DNA of 64,000 nt, taken from Octopus vulgaris. Its lineage: Eukaryota. This document shows, in pieces, positions 16,887 through 37,384 of this stretch. Positions within the stretch are counted from its first letter, which is position 1. Each line of letters opens with the position of its first letter. The DNA is taken from positions 31,620,001-31,684,000 of the forward strand of contig OX597837.1 in the NCBI GenBank assembly GCA_951406725.2, read 5' to 3'. The position numbers and the translations under genes are program-made. Under the pieces are notes generated by a model that was given only the letters and a program-made list of their open reading frames with translations, was not told the origin of the DNA and did not search any database.

Positions 16887-17559
16887 CATGTATATATACA
16901 TACATGTATATATACTTATATATATACATATATATGTATGTATATTTATCTAAAGGTTGGGCCAAACATCCCGCACGAAAACATTTGCCGTTATATTTAT
17001 ATTACGTTATTATTACTGTTATTCATTTTGTTCATCTTGTTCGTGTGTATTCATTGTAGTTTTTACTTTATTCAACTTTAGAAAAATTGTAACATGTCTT
17101 TGAGCGTGACTTTTGACTCGCCTTTGAAATATATACACACATATACAGAAACACACACACACACACACAAACACATATGTATAGGTTTGAAAATATGTAG
17201 AAAACATATATAGAAGTGAAAGAGAAATGCCTTCGTTTCTCATGGTTTAATATCTTTTTATAAAGAAATTTTTTTAGAATATATGCATATCTTTTGGATG
17301 TAGTGATATCCAACCGGTTTTGCCATTTATATTAGCTTTTCAAGGGACGTGGGGATGTAATCAATTCTGGTGTCAAAGGGGTCTCACCATTTTGGATGCT
17401 TGAAAAATAAGAATGAGTCTGGAGTGTGGATCAAGGGAGGTGAGAGGAGGCAATGGGGACAGATACACAGACATGCAGGAAGTAAATAGACACATTTAAT
17501 ATTCAAAATCTCTGATCTAACCGTCTTAATACTTTTTCAGAGGTGTAGAATTTACAATG

Positions 17560-18390
17560 TAATTATTCGTTTTCATTCCAGGTGCCATTATATTAAACAT
17601 TTGCGAAAATTTTCAAATTCCTCTTGTTAGTGTTAATAGAGTTATAGTGCAATTCAAAAGTCAAGTAAAAGAATCAACAGATTCTCGTCCCGGCCGACCT
17701 GGGCCCTCGGAAAGGTAGCTTCGCTGTTTGCAGAGAAGTGTGGAAAACGAATCCAGATCGAACGCTCCTGACATTGCTAAACAGCTAGAAGTTAGTCCAA
17801 GAACGTGTGTTACATATCTGGATGAGCTTGAGTATTATGGACGAGCAGCTAGAAGAAAACTTCTCCTTCAACCAATTAATATCATAAAAAGAAAGAAATG
17901 GGCTCTGGAGATGTCAGAAAAATCCAGTTCATTTTTGGATAGAGTGATTTTCTCAGATGAATCCATATTTGCCTTATTCTCAGACAGTGAACGTGTTTGG
18001 GACAGGAGGCTTCCAAATCAAGAATTTGATTTGAAACGACTCCAACCAACTGTGAAACACGGTGGTATCTCTGTAATGGTATGGGGAGCTGTTATCAGCA
18101 ATGGTCGTTCTGAGCTGATCGAATGTGTTGGAACCATAAACTCTGAAAAGTACATCGAAATTCTAAAGCAATGACAACTTCCGATGTATTCACACGATAA
18201 CATAAGGGAAAAAGTGCTTTTATTCATGGAAGATGGGGCTCTGCATCACACAGCGAAAGGGTATCAACAATGTCTGACTGAAACTGGGATCAAAAAGGTT
18301 CCTTGACCAAGCCAATCTCCTGACATGAACCCAATTGAAAATCTTTGGAGCATTCCTGATAGAGCTATACGAAAATCTCGACAGCGTAAA
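17560..18390 (+). mobile_element. Tc1-family transposase pseudogene
   Basis: Motifs [27 protein letters not shown] and PSQSPDMNPIENLW, with in-frame stops (~18172, ~18304). Confidence 0.88.
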
Positions 18391-19216
18391 AGCAAAATAT
18401 TATCGTTTGTTGGTTTTTCATTCCCCTCCTCATCCCGGCACCACCAACACCACCCATTAAATTCAGTCAACCAGATCAATCATTAATGGCATTGAAGTCA
18501 TGGCCATCTTACACTTTTGCCTAGCTAGGTCTCCAAAGTTGTTCCTTCCAAAAAGTAGTTATATGTGGAATGAGAATGATTTTGCTGCTATTATTGGCAG
18601 GTCAAGACACCACATACGCTAGTTGGTTAATTTATTTGTGGATATTTTTTTTGCTTTCAGAAAAGTCTGTAATTCTTCACCAACATTGCCACTATTCTAT
18701 AATCCTCGATTTTAGATTGAGAAAGTTTTGAGCTCCAATGGTCCTTGCGCCTATTCCAGAAATCGAAACCGTATTACAAAGTCGTCAAGTTGTATGATAG
18801 TATGCTTTCTTCAATTGTAGCACCTGTTAATTATAATTAGGTAGGGAAATCATTTATTTGGCTTTTGTTCTTAATTTCAAAACTTTATTCATTGATATCG
18901 ATATTCATAGTTTACAAATTGAAAGGAATTCTAAAAACAAAATCTATATTACTAGTATTAATTGAGGTGTAAAAGTACGACAGATGCTTATAAAGTAAAG
19001 CTAACGGTATTGGGACTTTAATTGTGAACATTGAGTTATGGGTAATTAACATATTTACATATTTATTTACACAAAAGCTAAAAAATATCTTGAAAGTGCT
19101 CTATTGAAATATTTGAATGAAATTTAATTAATGTTCAAACAATATCGCAATGAATGGTAAAACATATGTTGTGTAGCAATCAATAACGTATTTAATATTA
19201 ATTAGGTATATGTACC

Positions 19217-19224
19217 TATAAATA
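19217..19224 (+). promoter_or_regulatory. TATA box of gene A copy 1
   Basis: TATAAATA about 90 bp upstream of the ATG at 19311; spacing similar to gene B. Confidence 0.65.
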
Positions 19225-19310
19225 TAACGAGAGTTTTCACTATAAGTATTCAACGCCTTCCTGAACTACTGCTGAGACCGTCTGAAGTCACACTAAAACC
19301 ATCTTTCAAC

Positions 19311-22300
19311 ATGTACAAGTTTATGCTTATTGCTGCCCTCTTTGTTGCCGGTGAGTCCAGATTTGAATAATATTTTGCTTTATATCTTTTATAGTTTATA
19401 CTTGAAAACCGTTGCAATGCGCTTAGCAAGTCCCTAAATATATGACATAACTTGTTGTTGAATGATAGATTTATTGATTATAGAGAGATGAAAGTAGAGT
19501 TTGAGTTACATACACACGAGATATGCTGTGAGAATGATAAGGCCTACATGAAGTGCAATAATTTGAAGAATCCTCATCCAAAACAATACCATTCAGGGGA
19601 ATAAGACGGTCGAAATGTTAAACATTGTTCAATTGGAACCAATGACTACCCACTGTTCAGTTGATCTGAAAGTTGGGTTGTATTTGTAGAAATCGAAAAC
19701 AGACGAAACATTGTAGATGACGACGAATTGTTAATAGATAACATGTTCTTTGTTGATATTATTTCTTAAGGTCGATGTCTCTATTTACTATTACGCTGTG
19801 TATTATAAGGGGACAAATGAAAATGCTGACATGAGTCAAGACAATGGCATAAAAAGTAAAAGACCCTGAAATGGAGGCAGTCAAGGCAGAGAGTAAGACG
19901 CGAGAAACGAAAGATAGGCACCAACTTCCACCAATTAACCCATTCATAAAATTATACTAAATTAAAAATGTGAGCGTTTGTGTGAGTGTCTGTCTTTCAT
20001 CTTCCGATGTAATCTGTAATTCGATCAGCCACCAATGAATAGAGAGCGTTTAATAGATTCCCACCCTACCCAGTAGATTTTGGATTATAAGCTACCTTCA
20101 ATCGTTTCCTCTACATAAGTACAGATATACATAGGTTTAACAAGCCATGGATATTAGTGTATAAAATTATGCACTATCTTAATTTAATCTCTACACGTGC
20201 ATTCCGTTATGTAACCCATTAATCCAAATATATATTTTAATGTTTAATCTATCGATATATTGATCTTTCATTGGTGACTATACCAGATTGATATTTTAAG
20301 GTGTCAATAAGTCAATTTCATTTTTTTTCATCTTGCAATAGAGCTGATGTACATGTTAATGTGTGAGTATATTCAATACATGTTTAAACCTCTGTATATA
20401 TAACGAATACTTTCCTAGTAATATCGTATAATTTACTACAAATATATTATCACATAGATTTATATATTTGTAGGAATTAAAAATCCCCAGAAATATTTAC
20501 ATTTCTAAATATTTAATCATTGTTTTCAGGTGCATATGGCGAGTGTAATACAGACGTAGCCATCGGTTGTCTTGTTGGCAAAATTAACGAAGTAGCAACA
20601 AACCTTAACCGTTCTGATTTATGCAGGTAAGATGATGAATTTCTTTCTGGAAGGAGTCTTTGATTCTTACCTTTGCTTTTGATCCTACCTCACATAATCT
20701 AACGTATGCGGGCTTTATACTATTTGAAAAAGTGTGCCTTTCAACATTCGATTTGAAGTGTGTATGCGCGTATGTGTGTTTCTACGTATGCATACATACA
20801 TACATACATACATACATACATACAAACAATACATACATACATACATACATACATACATACATACATACATACATACATACATTCTACATACATACATACA
20901 TACATACATACATACGTTCTACATACATAAAAACATAAATACATGCATGGAATATATGTAAAATACTAAGTACCAATCTTGAGAACGTGGGAATCTCAAA
21001 ACCAGAAAGGAGAAAGCTGATTCCAAAACTACAGTCCCAAGTCATCAATGGCACTGTCAATATCTGTAAAACGTTCCAGAGGTTTATCATTGAAGTATAT
21101 ATGTGCTTGTCTGGATATGCAAATACATGGATGAGAATACATAACATAAAACAAAACATACACATTTACACACGTACTGACTCCAAATACTGCACATATA
21201 CAGACATGCATGCAAAAATACCGTTTTGATGTTGTTGATGCTGCAATAAAAGAACTTTGGATTTAAGTTAGAAACCGGCTCTTTCTCTATTGGAAAGGAT
21301 TCTTGAATTAAAACTGAATAATGACGTGCATACGTTCATAAATACATACATACATATATACATACATACATATATACATACAGGTATACATACATACATA
21401 CATACATACATACATACGTACATACATACATACATACATACATACATACATACATACATACATACATACATACATACATAAATACATACATACATACATA
21501 TATACAGATATACAGATATACATGTATATATGTATTTATAGATGTATGCATGTATATGTTTACGTATTATCCGTATCTGATTACTGTGTGTATATAAATA
21601 ATTAGAGGAGATAATTTCAACATCAATCACCATCATTTCTTTGTGTTTTGGATTAGAAACATATTCTATTGGTTGGTTACACATAAACATTTTCGTAAAT
21701 AATTTTAACGATGCGACCCTAGAGACAATTATCATTTGAGACAAACAAACAACATTTAACATTCAATATCTCATTTACGCATTCTATTCGTATTTAGTAC
21801 AATATAGAAATAAACATGTTTATTGCGATTCTATTCCAGTGACTTGGCCAGCGTTGCTCATTGCATGACCGCAGCAGGCTGTGCAGGAGATGCAGGATTC
21901 TTGACCTCCATGTGCGGTATGTAATAGTTTAATATTCATCATCACACACACGTATACACACGTACAGAAGGACATACACACAATCACACACAGTGGCACG
22001 CACGTACACACACATACACACACCAGCTGGCACGCTTGCACACGCTTACGAACTTTATATGTATATATTGCATCTGCTCTCTCTCTCCCTGCACCTGTTT
22101 CGCCGTCACCCGTCTCCAGATTCCCCTCACCTACCACCCCTCCACCCTTCCTCTCCAGCAATATTCTCCGGGTTTTCCCGTGACTCAAGTCCGACCCCTC
22201 CACTTCGCACATATTACCTAACCTCTCCTTCCCATCCTTCAGACGAGCACACAACCTACGTGACTTCCTAGCCCACAGTTTCTTCCCTCACCCCACCTAC

Positions 22301-22786
22301 CATCCCGGCTAGTTCCTCTACTCCCGCCTACGCTGCCGCACCTGCCTCTACCGCTCCAACACCACACTCATCACAGGTACCCATCATTGACCATTATCAT
22401 ATCATTGACTTCTACACCTGCACCTCTAGCAACGTTATCTACTGCATCACCAGCTCTCCCACTGTCCTTCTCTATACATCGTTCAAACGGGACGCCGCTT
22501 GGCTGACAGGTTCCCGGAACACCTCCGAGGGATCAGACACCTCGGCCTTGCGCTATTTCCGCTCTACCGGTCATTCTTTACAACCCCTATCTTTGTTCGG
22601 ATCGTGCACCTCTCTTCTCTTGCTCTGACTTCCTTTCTTCAATCTGTTTATTTTCTCGTGATCCTTTCTGTTGAAGAGCGTAGGCTTGAAACGTAAAAGA
22701 CTGTCTCACCTTCTCAAGCGTTAAACTAATACACATCTATGTTGTTTACACACGCGTCTTCGTCCTTTGGCTTTTTGTAAATTCCA

Positions 22787-22861
<75 letters not shown>

Positions 22862-23230
22862 ATGCATATATGCATGAATGTATGTACACATATACGACTG
22901 TGCGTATACAAATTTTCATTTATATTTCAGATGACACCAACTGCAATGTTAACGTCGGTACCGAATGTATTCTGAGATTGGGTGCTGGTTTGGGAATTTT
23001 GTCCAGCGGTGCTGCTGCGTAAGAATACTTTATTTATTTTGTTGTGTATTATAACTATCGTTTTCTTTTAATTTGCGTGTATATATTAAGACGCGTATGT
23101 GATTATGTGAGTGCTTGGATTAATGTCGTCGTGTGTTTGTGTGTGTGTGAGAGAGAAGGAGAGAGAAATAGAAGGATGATAGAGATGAGAGTGATTCACT
23201 TTATATGTGTGTCACTGTTTATTTGTGTGT

Positions 23231-23266
<36 letters not shown>

Positions 23267-23791
23267 TGTGTGTTTGTGTGTGCTTGTGTTTGTGTGTATG
23301 AGTGTATGTGTGTGTACTGATATGTTTGTCCAGTACAATTTAACGCCCAAATTGTTTAACAACCAGTTTTTAGACGACCATGTGTATATCGGTTCTTGTG
23401 TGGTAATTGTATACTTGTTATGAAATCCAGTATCATGTTTTACATAAATTATATGCAGACAACAAAAGAAATCTTGGGAAAGTATTTATAAGATATTAAG
23501 GTACAACATGATATGCAAGAGAGTCAAGACTATTGAAAAGGTTGCAAGATGCAACGAAAATTTTAGGAAAACAAAAATAAGGAACAAGTGGAAATTTTAC
23601 CGGTGCGTGTGTTACATTATAGGGCACGAAAATAAAAATGACTGTCTCCAGACACAACATCATATACACGTTCATTAACCTGCAGATTGGCAACATAAGA
23701 TGAACTGCATAATCAACGTTTGCATGAGATCATAGGAGTCCCGTCTGATACGATTGAAACAAATAAAAGAATATACATACATACATACGTA

Positions 23792-23829
<38 letters not shown>

Positions 23830-23870
23830 CATGTGTGTGTGTGTGTATAATATATATATACGTGTATATA

Positions 23871-23924
<54 letters not shown>

Positions 23925-24458
23925 TATATGTGTATATACGTAGGTTCGATATCGCTTTCAGCTATTTCCATTCATTTACGCGTCAACTTTACAAATTCTG
24001 CCGCTCATGATTATTAATCTGGAGGAATGATTATCTCACCCCTGCCGCCCCGCAAGAGATAATCGCACTAACTTTCCACGCGGGACATAAAGACGAAACA
24101 CTTCTGTGAATCACCAATGACTTTAGTAAAGAAACATGTCTATATCGTATAATTTAATGTTATTGCAATATCTCTTTCTATTGACAATAAGCTTACTGAT
24201 TATCGCACTAAAGAATTCATTTTATATCATTGAACTAATTGAAATAACGCAGTTCGATGATTGTTTGAGATTCTCGACATCAAAATGACTGTCTTAATTT
24301 TCGATTCATTTCAGCGGTGCATCAGCTCTCGGAGCTTGCATTGGCGGTTCCCTGTGTATGGCCCCAGAGTTGGTTCCACTCAAAACCGGAAATGTTTGTG
24401 GTAAGTATTTCACAAAAATATATACTTTACGTTACTCATTACGACTGTATAAATATAT

Positions 24459-24539
<81 letters not shown>

Positions 24540-24550
24540 GTACGTATGTA

Positions 24551-24585
<35 letters not shown>

Positions 24586-24673
24586 AGGGAAAGTATCTGA
24601 GATGTGAAGTATTCGGTATAGGTTACAAATCTCATGTTTCTTTATTTCAGTACCTTTGGATGCGAAAGTTTAA
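19311..24673 (+). CDS. Gene A copy 1: six-exon secreted cysteine-rich protein, 136 aa (paralogue of gene B)
   Basis: Exons (+): 19311-19350, 20530-20626, 21840-21916, 22931-23018, 24315-24400, 24651-24673. GT-AG introns, phases 1,2,1,2,1. Translation: [136 protein letters not shown]. One N-glycosylation sequon (NRS). Confidence 0.9.
22100..22790 (+). mobile_element. Penelope-like element remnant (GIY-YIG region + terminal repeat) in intron 3 of gene A
   Basis: Fragmentary peptide RCRTC...[12 protein letters not shown]...[19 protein letters not shown], followed by a hammerhead-like motif at ~22664-22700. Copy at ~49348-50038. Confidence 0.7.
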
Positions 24674-24759
24674 AGAAATCTCTGTGGAATACTTGAACTG
24701 GACCTTCTGAATAACGACTCCTGACATTCTAATCTTTGAGAAACGTTTCATTTCTTCTT

Positions 24760-24765
24760 AATAAA
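24760..24765 (+). terminator. Polyadenylation signal of gene A copy 1
   Basis: AATAAA about 87 nt after the stop, followed by a T/GT-rich tract. Confidence 0.65.
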
Positions 24766-25615
24766 CTCTTTCGCAAACTATACCACTGCCGTCTTTCCTC
24801 TTCTTTTTGGTTTTTGTTTGATTTTATCTCCCATTCAAAACACATAAAAAATACGAAAATATATTCATTTATAAGGGATGTATATTCACAAAGTTTGCGT
24901 CGCAGCCCTTAAGTGTAGGGCTTCGTTACTTCTGCGAAGGACATTGAACAAGCTTTTTCTATTTGCCTCACAACAAGACTCCACGAGCTTGGGAAGACGG
25001 TTTAGTTGAAGCATTTGGGACAAGATGCAAAAGATACAATTGAAAGCGTTTTGTCCAGTGTGTTTAACAATCTGATAGTCTGCTCGGCTACATTGATATG
25101 TGTGTGTTCGTGTGTGTGTATGTGTGCGTGTGAGAGAGAGACTGTCTGTCTGTTTATGTGTCTGTGTGTGCGTGTGTTAGAGCCGGCTTGCGAGTGTGTG
25201 CGCGTGTATCTGCGTGTGGCTGTGTCTGTGTGTGCGCGATCTCGTGCTTGTATGTATGTTTGTGCTCTGGTGGTGTGTGTACGTGTGTATTGTGTCTTTT
25301 GTCTGCGTGCATATTATAGTGGAGTGACTATGTGATTAGGATGGAAGATTATTAGATCCCTATGAAGTTTCTGTATGATGAGATAGCCCAGGGGAAAAGA
25401 TCAACACAGCGAAAAAATAACGTATGAACACTGCATCCATCAAACACTACAGGAGATGAATATTTCGGAAAATTGATAAGAAACCTACGCTCTTCGTCGT
25501 TCACCGTGTAAGAAAGCAATGCATGACGGGAAGAGACAATTCGAACAAAATCGTATCGAGCATGAACAGCTCAGGAGAGACGTTCGTAAGGATTTTGATG
25601 AGTAACGAATATGGG

Positions 25616-27122
25616 TATAGCTTTGTTAAGCTACACGCAAACAAACTATTGCAAACGGGAATACATTTATCAAAGGTTTCTTACTTTCCATGCATCAAGG
25701 TTTGAGTCGCCATTTATTTATGTTTAGTTCATTCAGATTCGTTTTACCCTTATTCTTGATATTCTTTTGTTTTTCTTCTCCTGCCGGAAGTTCCCTTTTT
25801 TCCTGCTGACCAAGTACCTTGCTAGCCCGCAGCGAAGTATTTATCTACAGTTCGTCTGTCACGAATTCAGCCCTACATAGCACCCCGACCACAGAACTGT
25901 TGACTGTCATTGGAAAAGGGAAGGCGTTTTAATTCTCCTGCCCATGCGTGTGGTTACTCGATTCTTTGGTGACTGTTCCTTGTCAACGGTTGGTGTGAAC
26001 TGTCAAGGACGGCCCTTCTTTGGTGGGTGGGCTCCTTGAACGAGGCTGTCAATATCGAGATGGGCTGGTTTCAATCGGGCCTGAGGTGGTTCATAGTTGC
26101 TGAGGGGTACTTTGGTGTATTGATGGATCTTGGCTTGTTGACAGGTGATGCAGGACCTGGTCCAGTCCCCGATTTGCTTCGCCATACCGTGGCAGATAAA
26201 TAGTACCTGGGTGGGAAAGTCGCACCGAAAACGCACTTGGCCGGGTTGATTACTAAGCCATACTGTTCCAGCCTATCAAAAAGGGTCACTAGGTGCTACT
26301 TATGTAGCTCTTTGTTGACCATGACGCCACTGGATAAAAAATGTTTGTCAGCTGCCTTTGCTAATTGATGCAAGTCGTTGATTTCGGTCTGAGTTATGAG
26401 AGCCTGGACCTGGGGTGGCAGCTTTCGGAGGAAAATTTCCTTAAACATAAAGGAAGGTGACTCACCGTGGGTTGTGACTAAAGCCAATATCCTGTCCATC
26501 AGTTCTGAAGGCTTGGCATCGCCTAATTACTCCTCCAGTATCTTGGCTGCCGCTTCTCCTTCATTGCGTCGGAATGTATCCACTAACCTATCTTTCAATA
26601 TGAAGTATTTTTTAATTATTGGGGGCTGGGTTAAAATGTCCATCACCCTTGTTGCCGTATCTTCGTCTAATGCAGCCACAACGTGCGAGTACTTCGTTTG
26701 GTCGGCCGTTACCTTGTTTATATCGAATTGCGTTTCCGCCCGGACGAAGCACAGTTCAGGCCTCTTAGGCCAGAACTATGGTAGCCTTTGTGTTGTTTAG
26801 TTGTTAGCCGTGTTTGTTTCAATAGCGAGAGCTGCTTTTCTATCGTCGGGGTCACCAGTTATAGATTTGTTAAGCTATACGCAAAACAAACTAGTGGAGA
26901 CGAGAAGACATTTATCAAAGGTTTATTACTTTACGTACATCAGGGCTTAAGTCGTCACTTATTTCTGTTTAGCTCATTCAGATTCGTTTCACATTCACCG
27001 TTGTCATTCTTTTGTTTTTCTTCTCCTGCCGGAAGTTCCCTCCTTTGCTGCTGACCAACTTCCTAGCTAGCCCGCATCGAAGTTTCTGTCTACAGTTCGT
27101 CTGTCACGAATTCTGCCCTCCA
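25616..27122 (-). mobile_element. Internally deleted Ty3/gypsy LTR retrotransposon
   Basis: Diverged ~260-bp LTRs at 25616-25877 and 26860-27122; PBS TGGTGACCCCGACG at 26857-26844 (tRNA-Trp-like); gag (FWPKRPELCFVRAETQF), RT (GLVINPAKCVFG) and integrase zinc finger (WTRSCITCQQAK) fragments. Confidence 0.85.
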
Positions 27123-27387
27123 TGAGCATATCTGTCTAAATAAGGTTGGCCTTAGAAATCAGAGATTGCCAAACAGACAGGTAAGTTGGTAACTCTACAT
27201 TGTAAGACGTCTGTGCTTGGAAGAGGAGTGGAAACATTATACGAAGGTTCATCAAAGAAGGCGACCATCGCTACCACATCTTTAGGAAACAGAATGTCGT
27301 ATAAGGGACTGAGAATCGAGATCTGTGCTGCTCATATTTAAGAGGACGATCAAGCGATACTTTTAATCGAAATCGAGCTGTACCTAT

Positions 27388-27543
27388 CATGTATGTATGT
27401 ATGTATGTATGTATGTATGTATGTATGTATGTATGTATGTATGTATGTATGTATGTATGTATGTATGTATGTATGTATGTATGTATGTATGTATGTATGT
27501 ATGTATGTTTGTATGTATGTATGTATGTATGTATGAAAGTATG

Positions 27544-27577
<34 letters not shown>

Positions 27578-28045
27578 TGTATGTATGTATGTATGTATGT
27601 ATGTATGTATGTATGTATGTATGTATGTATGTATGTATGTATGTATGCATGTATGTATGTATGTATGCATGTATGTATGTATGTATGTATGTATGTATGT
27701 ATGTATGTATGTATGCATGCATGCATGCATGTATGTATGTATGTATGTATGTATGTATGTATGTATGTATGTTTTATCTTTTAATTATTATAAAGCTTCC
27801 ACTGGGGAGTGTGTATATGCATTTGTGTGTGTATATGTTTATTTGTGTGTTCGTGTGTTTGTGTGTGTGTGTGTGTGTGTATGTGTGCGTGTGTCTGTGT
27901 GTATGTGTGTGAAAGTGTGTGTACAGGTGTGTATTTGTTCGTGTGTGTGTGTATGTCTGTGTCTGTATGTGTGTGCGTGTGTGAGTGTGTGCATATGTGT
28001 GTGTGTCTGTGTGTGTGCGTGCGTTTGTGTGTGCGTGTGCGTGTG
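27388..28045. repeat. Compound microsatellite (TATG)n + (TG)n, representative of dozens of (TA)n, (CATA)n, (GATA)n and (ATT)n tracts in the window
   Basis: Directly visible; tract lengths differ between units. Confidence 0.95.
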
Positions 28046-28642
28046 AATGAATCGTAAATATGTTCACCTTCTGTATTTAGGTAATTGTAAATTTGTCACC
28101 TTTATAAGACAGTGAAACAAGAGAAAAATGATCGATCAAATTATCTCCCTTGGACTTTAGATTATTATGAATTATTTCCCTTGAAACAATAGATGAAAGG
28201 CATCGCTGTTTGGAATAAATCATTAGTTTGTTATATTCTTTACGTGTTTTGTGAGAAGGGTTCCCTTTCAGCCGTGGTTCTATCCTAATTCAGATTTTAT
28301 TATAAGACACTGAGCGGAATGTGCTTCATCAACATAAAGAAAGGTGATTTCCTCTGAAGTAGATATCATTTAGATTCAACGCAAACAGAACCGCGCCTCT
28401 TCTGTCACGTGAACCGAAACTTATTTTGTGAATGAAAAACCTATTTTCATGTCCAATAATTAAATTATTGCTAAGGGAGTGGGGTCTAATATATGTACAT
28501 ACATATAGACACTCGCACGCGCAACCACACACGCCAGGCACACGCACACGCACGTGCGCATAAGTACACGCACAATCATTTTTGAAGATATTTATATATA
28601 TATACAAATATTTATATATTTTTATGTATGTGTTTGTATCTA

Positions 28643-28679
<37 letters not shown>

Positions 28680-28813
28680 AAGAGAGAGAGACAGAAAGAG
28701 AGTGTGTGTGTGTGATGAGGTCCGGATTTACAACTAGGGCGTCGACATCTACGGGCCGACAATATCTGGGGATCGTGAGTCAAATTTCCCTGACGACTAG
28801 GCCATACGCCCCA

Positions 28814-28878
<65 letters not shown>

Positions 28879-30659
28879 CATGCATATATACACACACGCA
28901 CAAAAATATTTTCTATTTCTCTCTTTAATTTTTACTGTATTTTACCGGTCGACGACTTGATAGCAAGGTGGAGAAGAGATGTATCTTGATTGAACAGTCA
29001 TCCTTTAAGTCTGAGGAAGGTTTTGCAGATTTATATAACCTCAGATATCCTGATCATTTGCAGCATATAAATTCACGATTTGCATTCTTTCTCCAAGATG
29101 GATGATATATATCCTGTTGTTCTAATAATAATAATAGGAACGAAGCTGGAAGTCTACCTCGGAAGCTGGATTTGCAACAGACGGATGTCTTTATCAATGG
29201 TCCAGAAGATATCCTCTTTCTCTTGTAATATTCTAATCACATTCGTGTCCAAGTGGAAGCTGATTCCCACAACAGAACATATAATTTCTTTGTGATCCCA
29301 CACGACATCATGTGGCCGATTGTGGTTTAACTTGTGATTGTTTTAATTGAAAAGCTCTACCAATATTCTTTTGACAAAGTGGTCTCAGTAGGGTCAGATC
29401 TATTTTCGATATTCTCTAGTTTTTCTTATCCTCTTCCAGACCATTCTGGCCACTGTTTCATGCCCCGCGAGGAGATGAGATCGCGAAGACATTATCTCAC
29501 AGTTGGCGATAAAGTGGTTAATATCTTCACTCTTGTACGTATGTATATGATTGTTCAGTTTTATTTCTAGATTTCTTGCCAATGGAGAAAGAGCCGGTTT
29601 CTAAACTAGATTCAATGTATGTATGTATGTATGTATGTATGTATGTATGTATGTATGTATGTATGTATGTATGTATGTATGTATGTATGTATGTATGTAT
29701 GTATGTATGAATTATGAATGTATGAATGTATGTATGAGTATATGTATGTATGAATGAATATATGTATGTATGTATGTATGAATGTATATATGAATGTATG
29801 TATGTATGTATGTATGTATGTATGTATATATGAATGTATGTATGAATATATGTTTGTATGTATGTATGTATGTATGTATGCATGTATGTATGCGTGTATA
29901 TATGTATGTATGTATGTGTGTATGTATGTAAGTATGTATGTATGTATGTATGTATGTATGTATGTATGTATGTATGTATGTATGTATGTATGTATGTATG
30001 TATGTATGTACTTACTTACGTATGTATGTACGTATGTATGTACGTATGTATGTACGTATGTATGTACGTATGTATGGATGGATGGATGTATGGATGGATG
30101 TATGTATGTATGTATGTATGTACTTACTTACGTATGTATGTACGTATGTATGTACGTATGTATGCATGTGCAAATCTGTATGTTTTCTCCTTAAGTATGT
30201 ATTCTTATGGATAAATCTAGACATGCTCATATATATATTTCAACGATAAACTTCTGGAAAGTCCTACAGAATTTTAAAGTTTCAGTGATGGATTGGATCT
30301 GTAGTCTTCGAATTAGCTTTCTCCATTCTGATTTTGAGAAGGCTAATTTCTCAAAATTTGTAATTAGACAGTGTGTTACATATACCATGGCCCTAATAAC
30401 GTATGTATGTATGTACGCATAAAATTATACTCATTTTTTTATATTATAGAATTCTTATAAATGAGTTGAATAATTTTTTTTTTCCTTTTTAATTCCAAAA
30501 CTGTTTAATGGCACTCAAGAAATAAAGAAAACAAAAACAAAATAATTTTGCAAAGTTTTATTGGAGAAACGTTTCGGAAGGAAGAGGAAATAATAAAAGG
30601 TTGTTTGAAGATCCAATTGGTATGTCAGTTGTGTTTCAGTAGTGTTTCTTTCATCTCGT

Positions 30660-37384
<6,725 letters not shown>

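Noticed and set aside
21820-22271. 144-aa and 92-aa ORFs in gene A intron 3
   Set aside because: They derive from a Penelope remnant, CA repeats and the antisense of exon 3.
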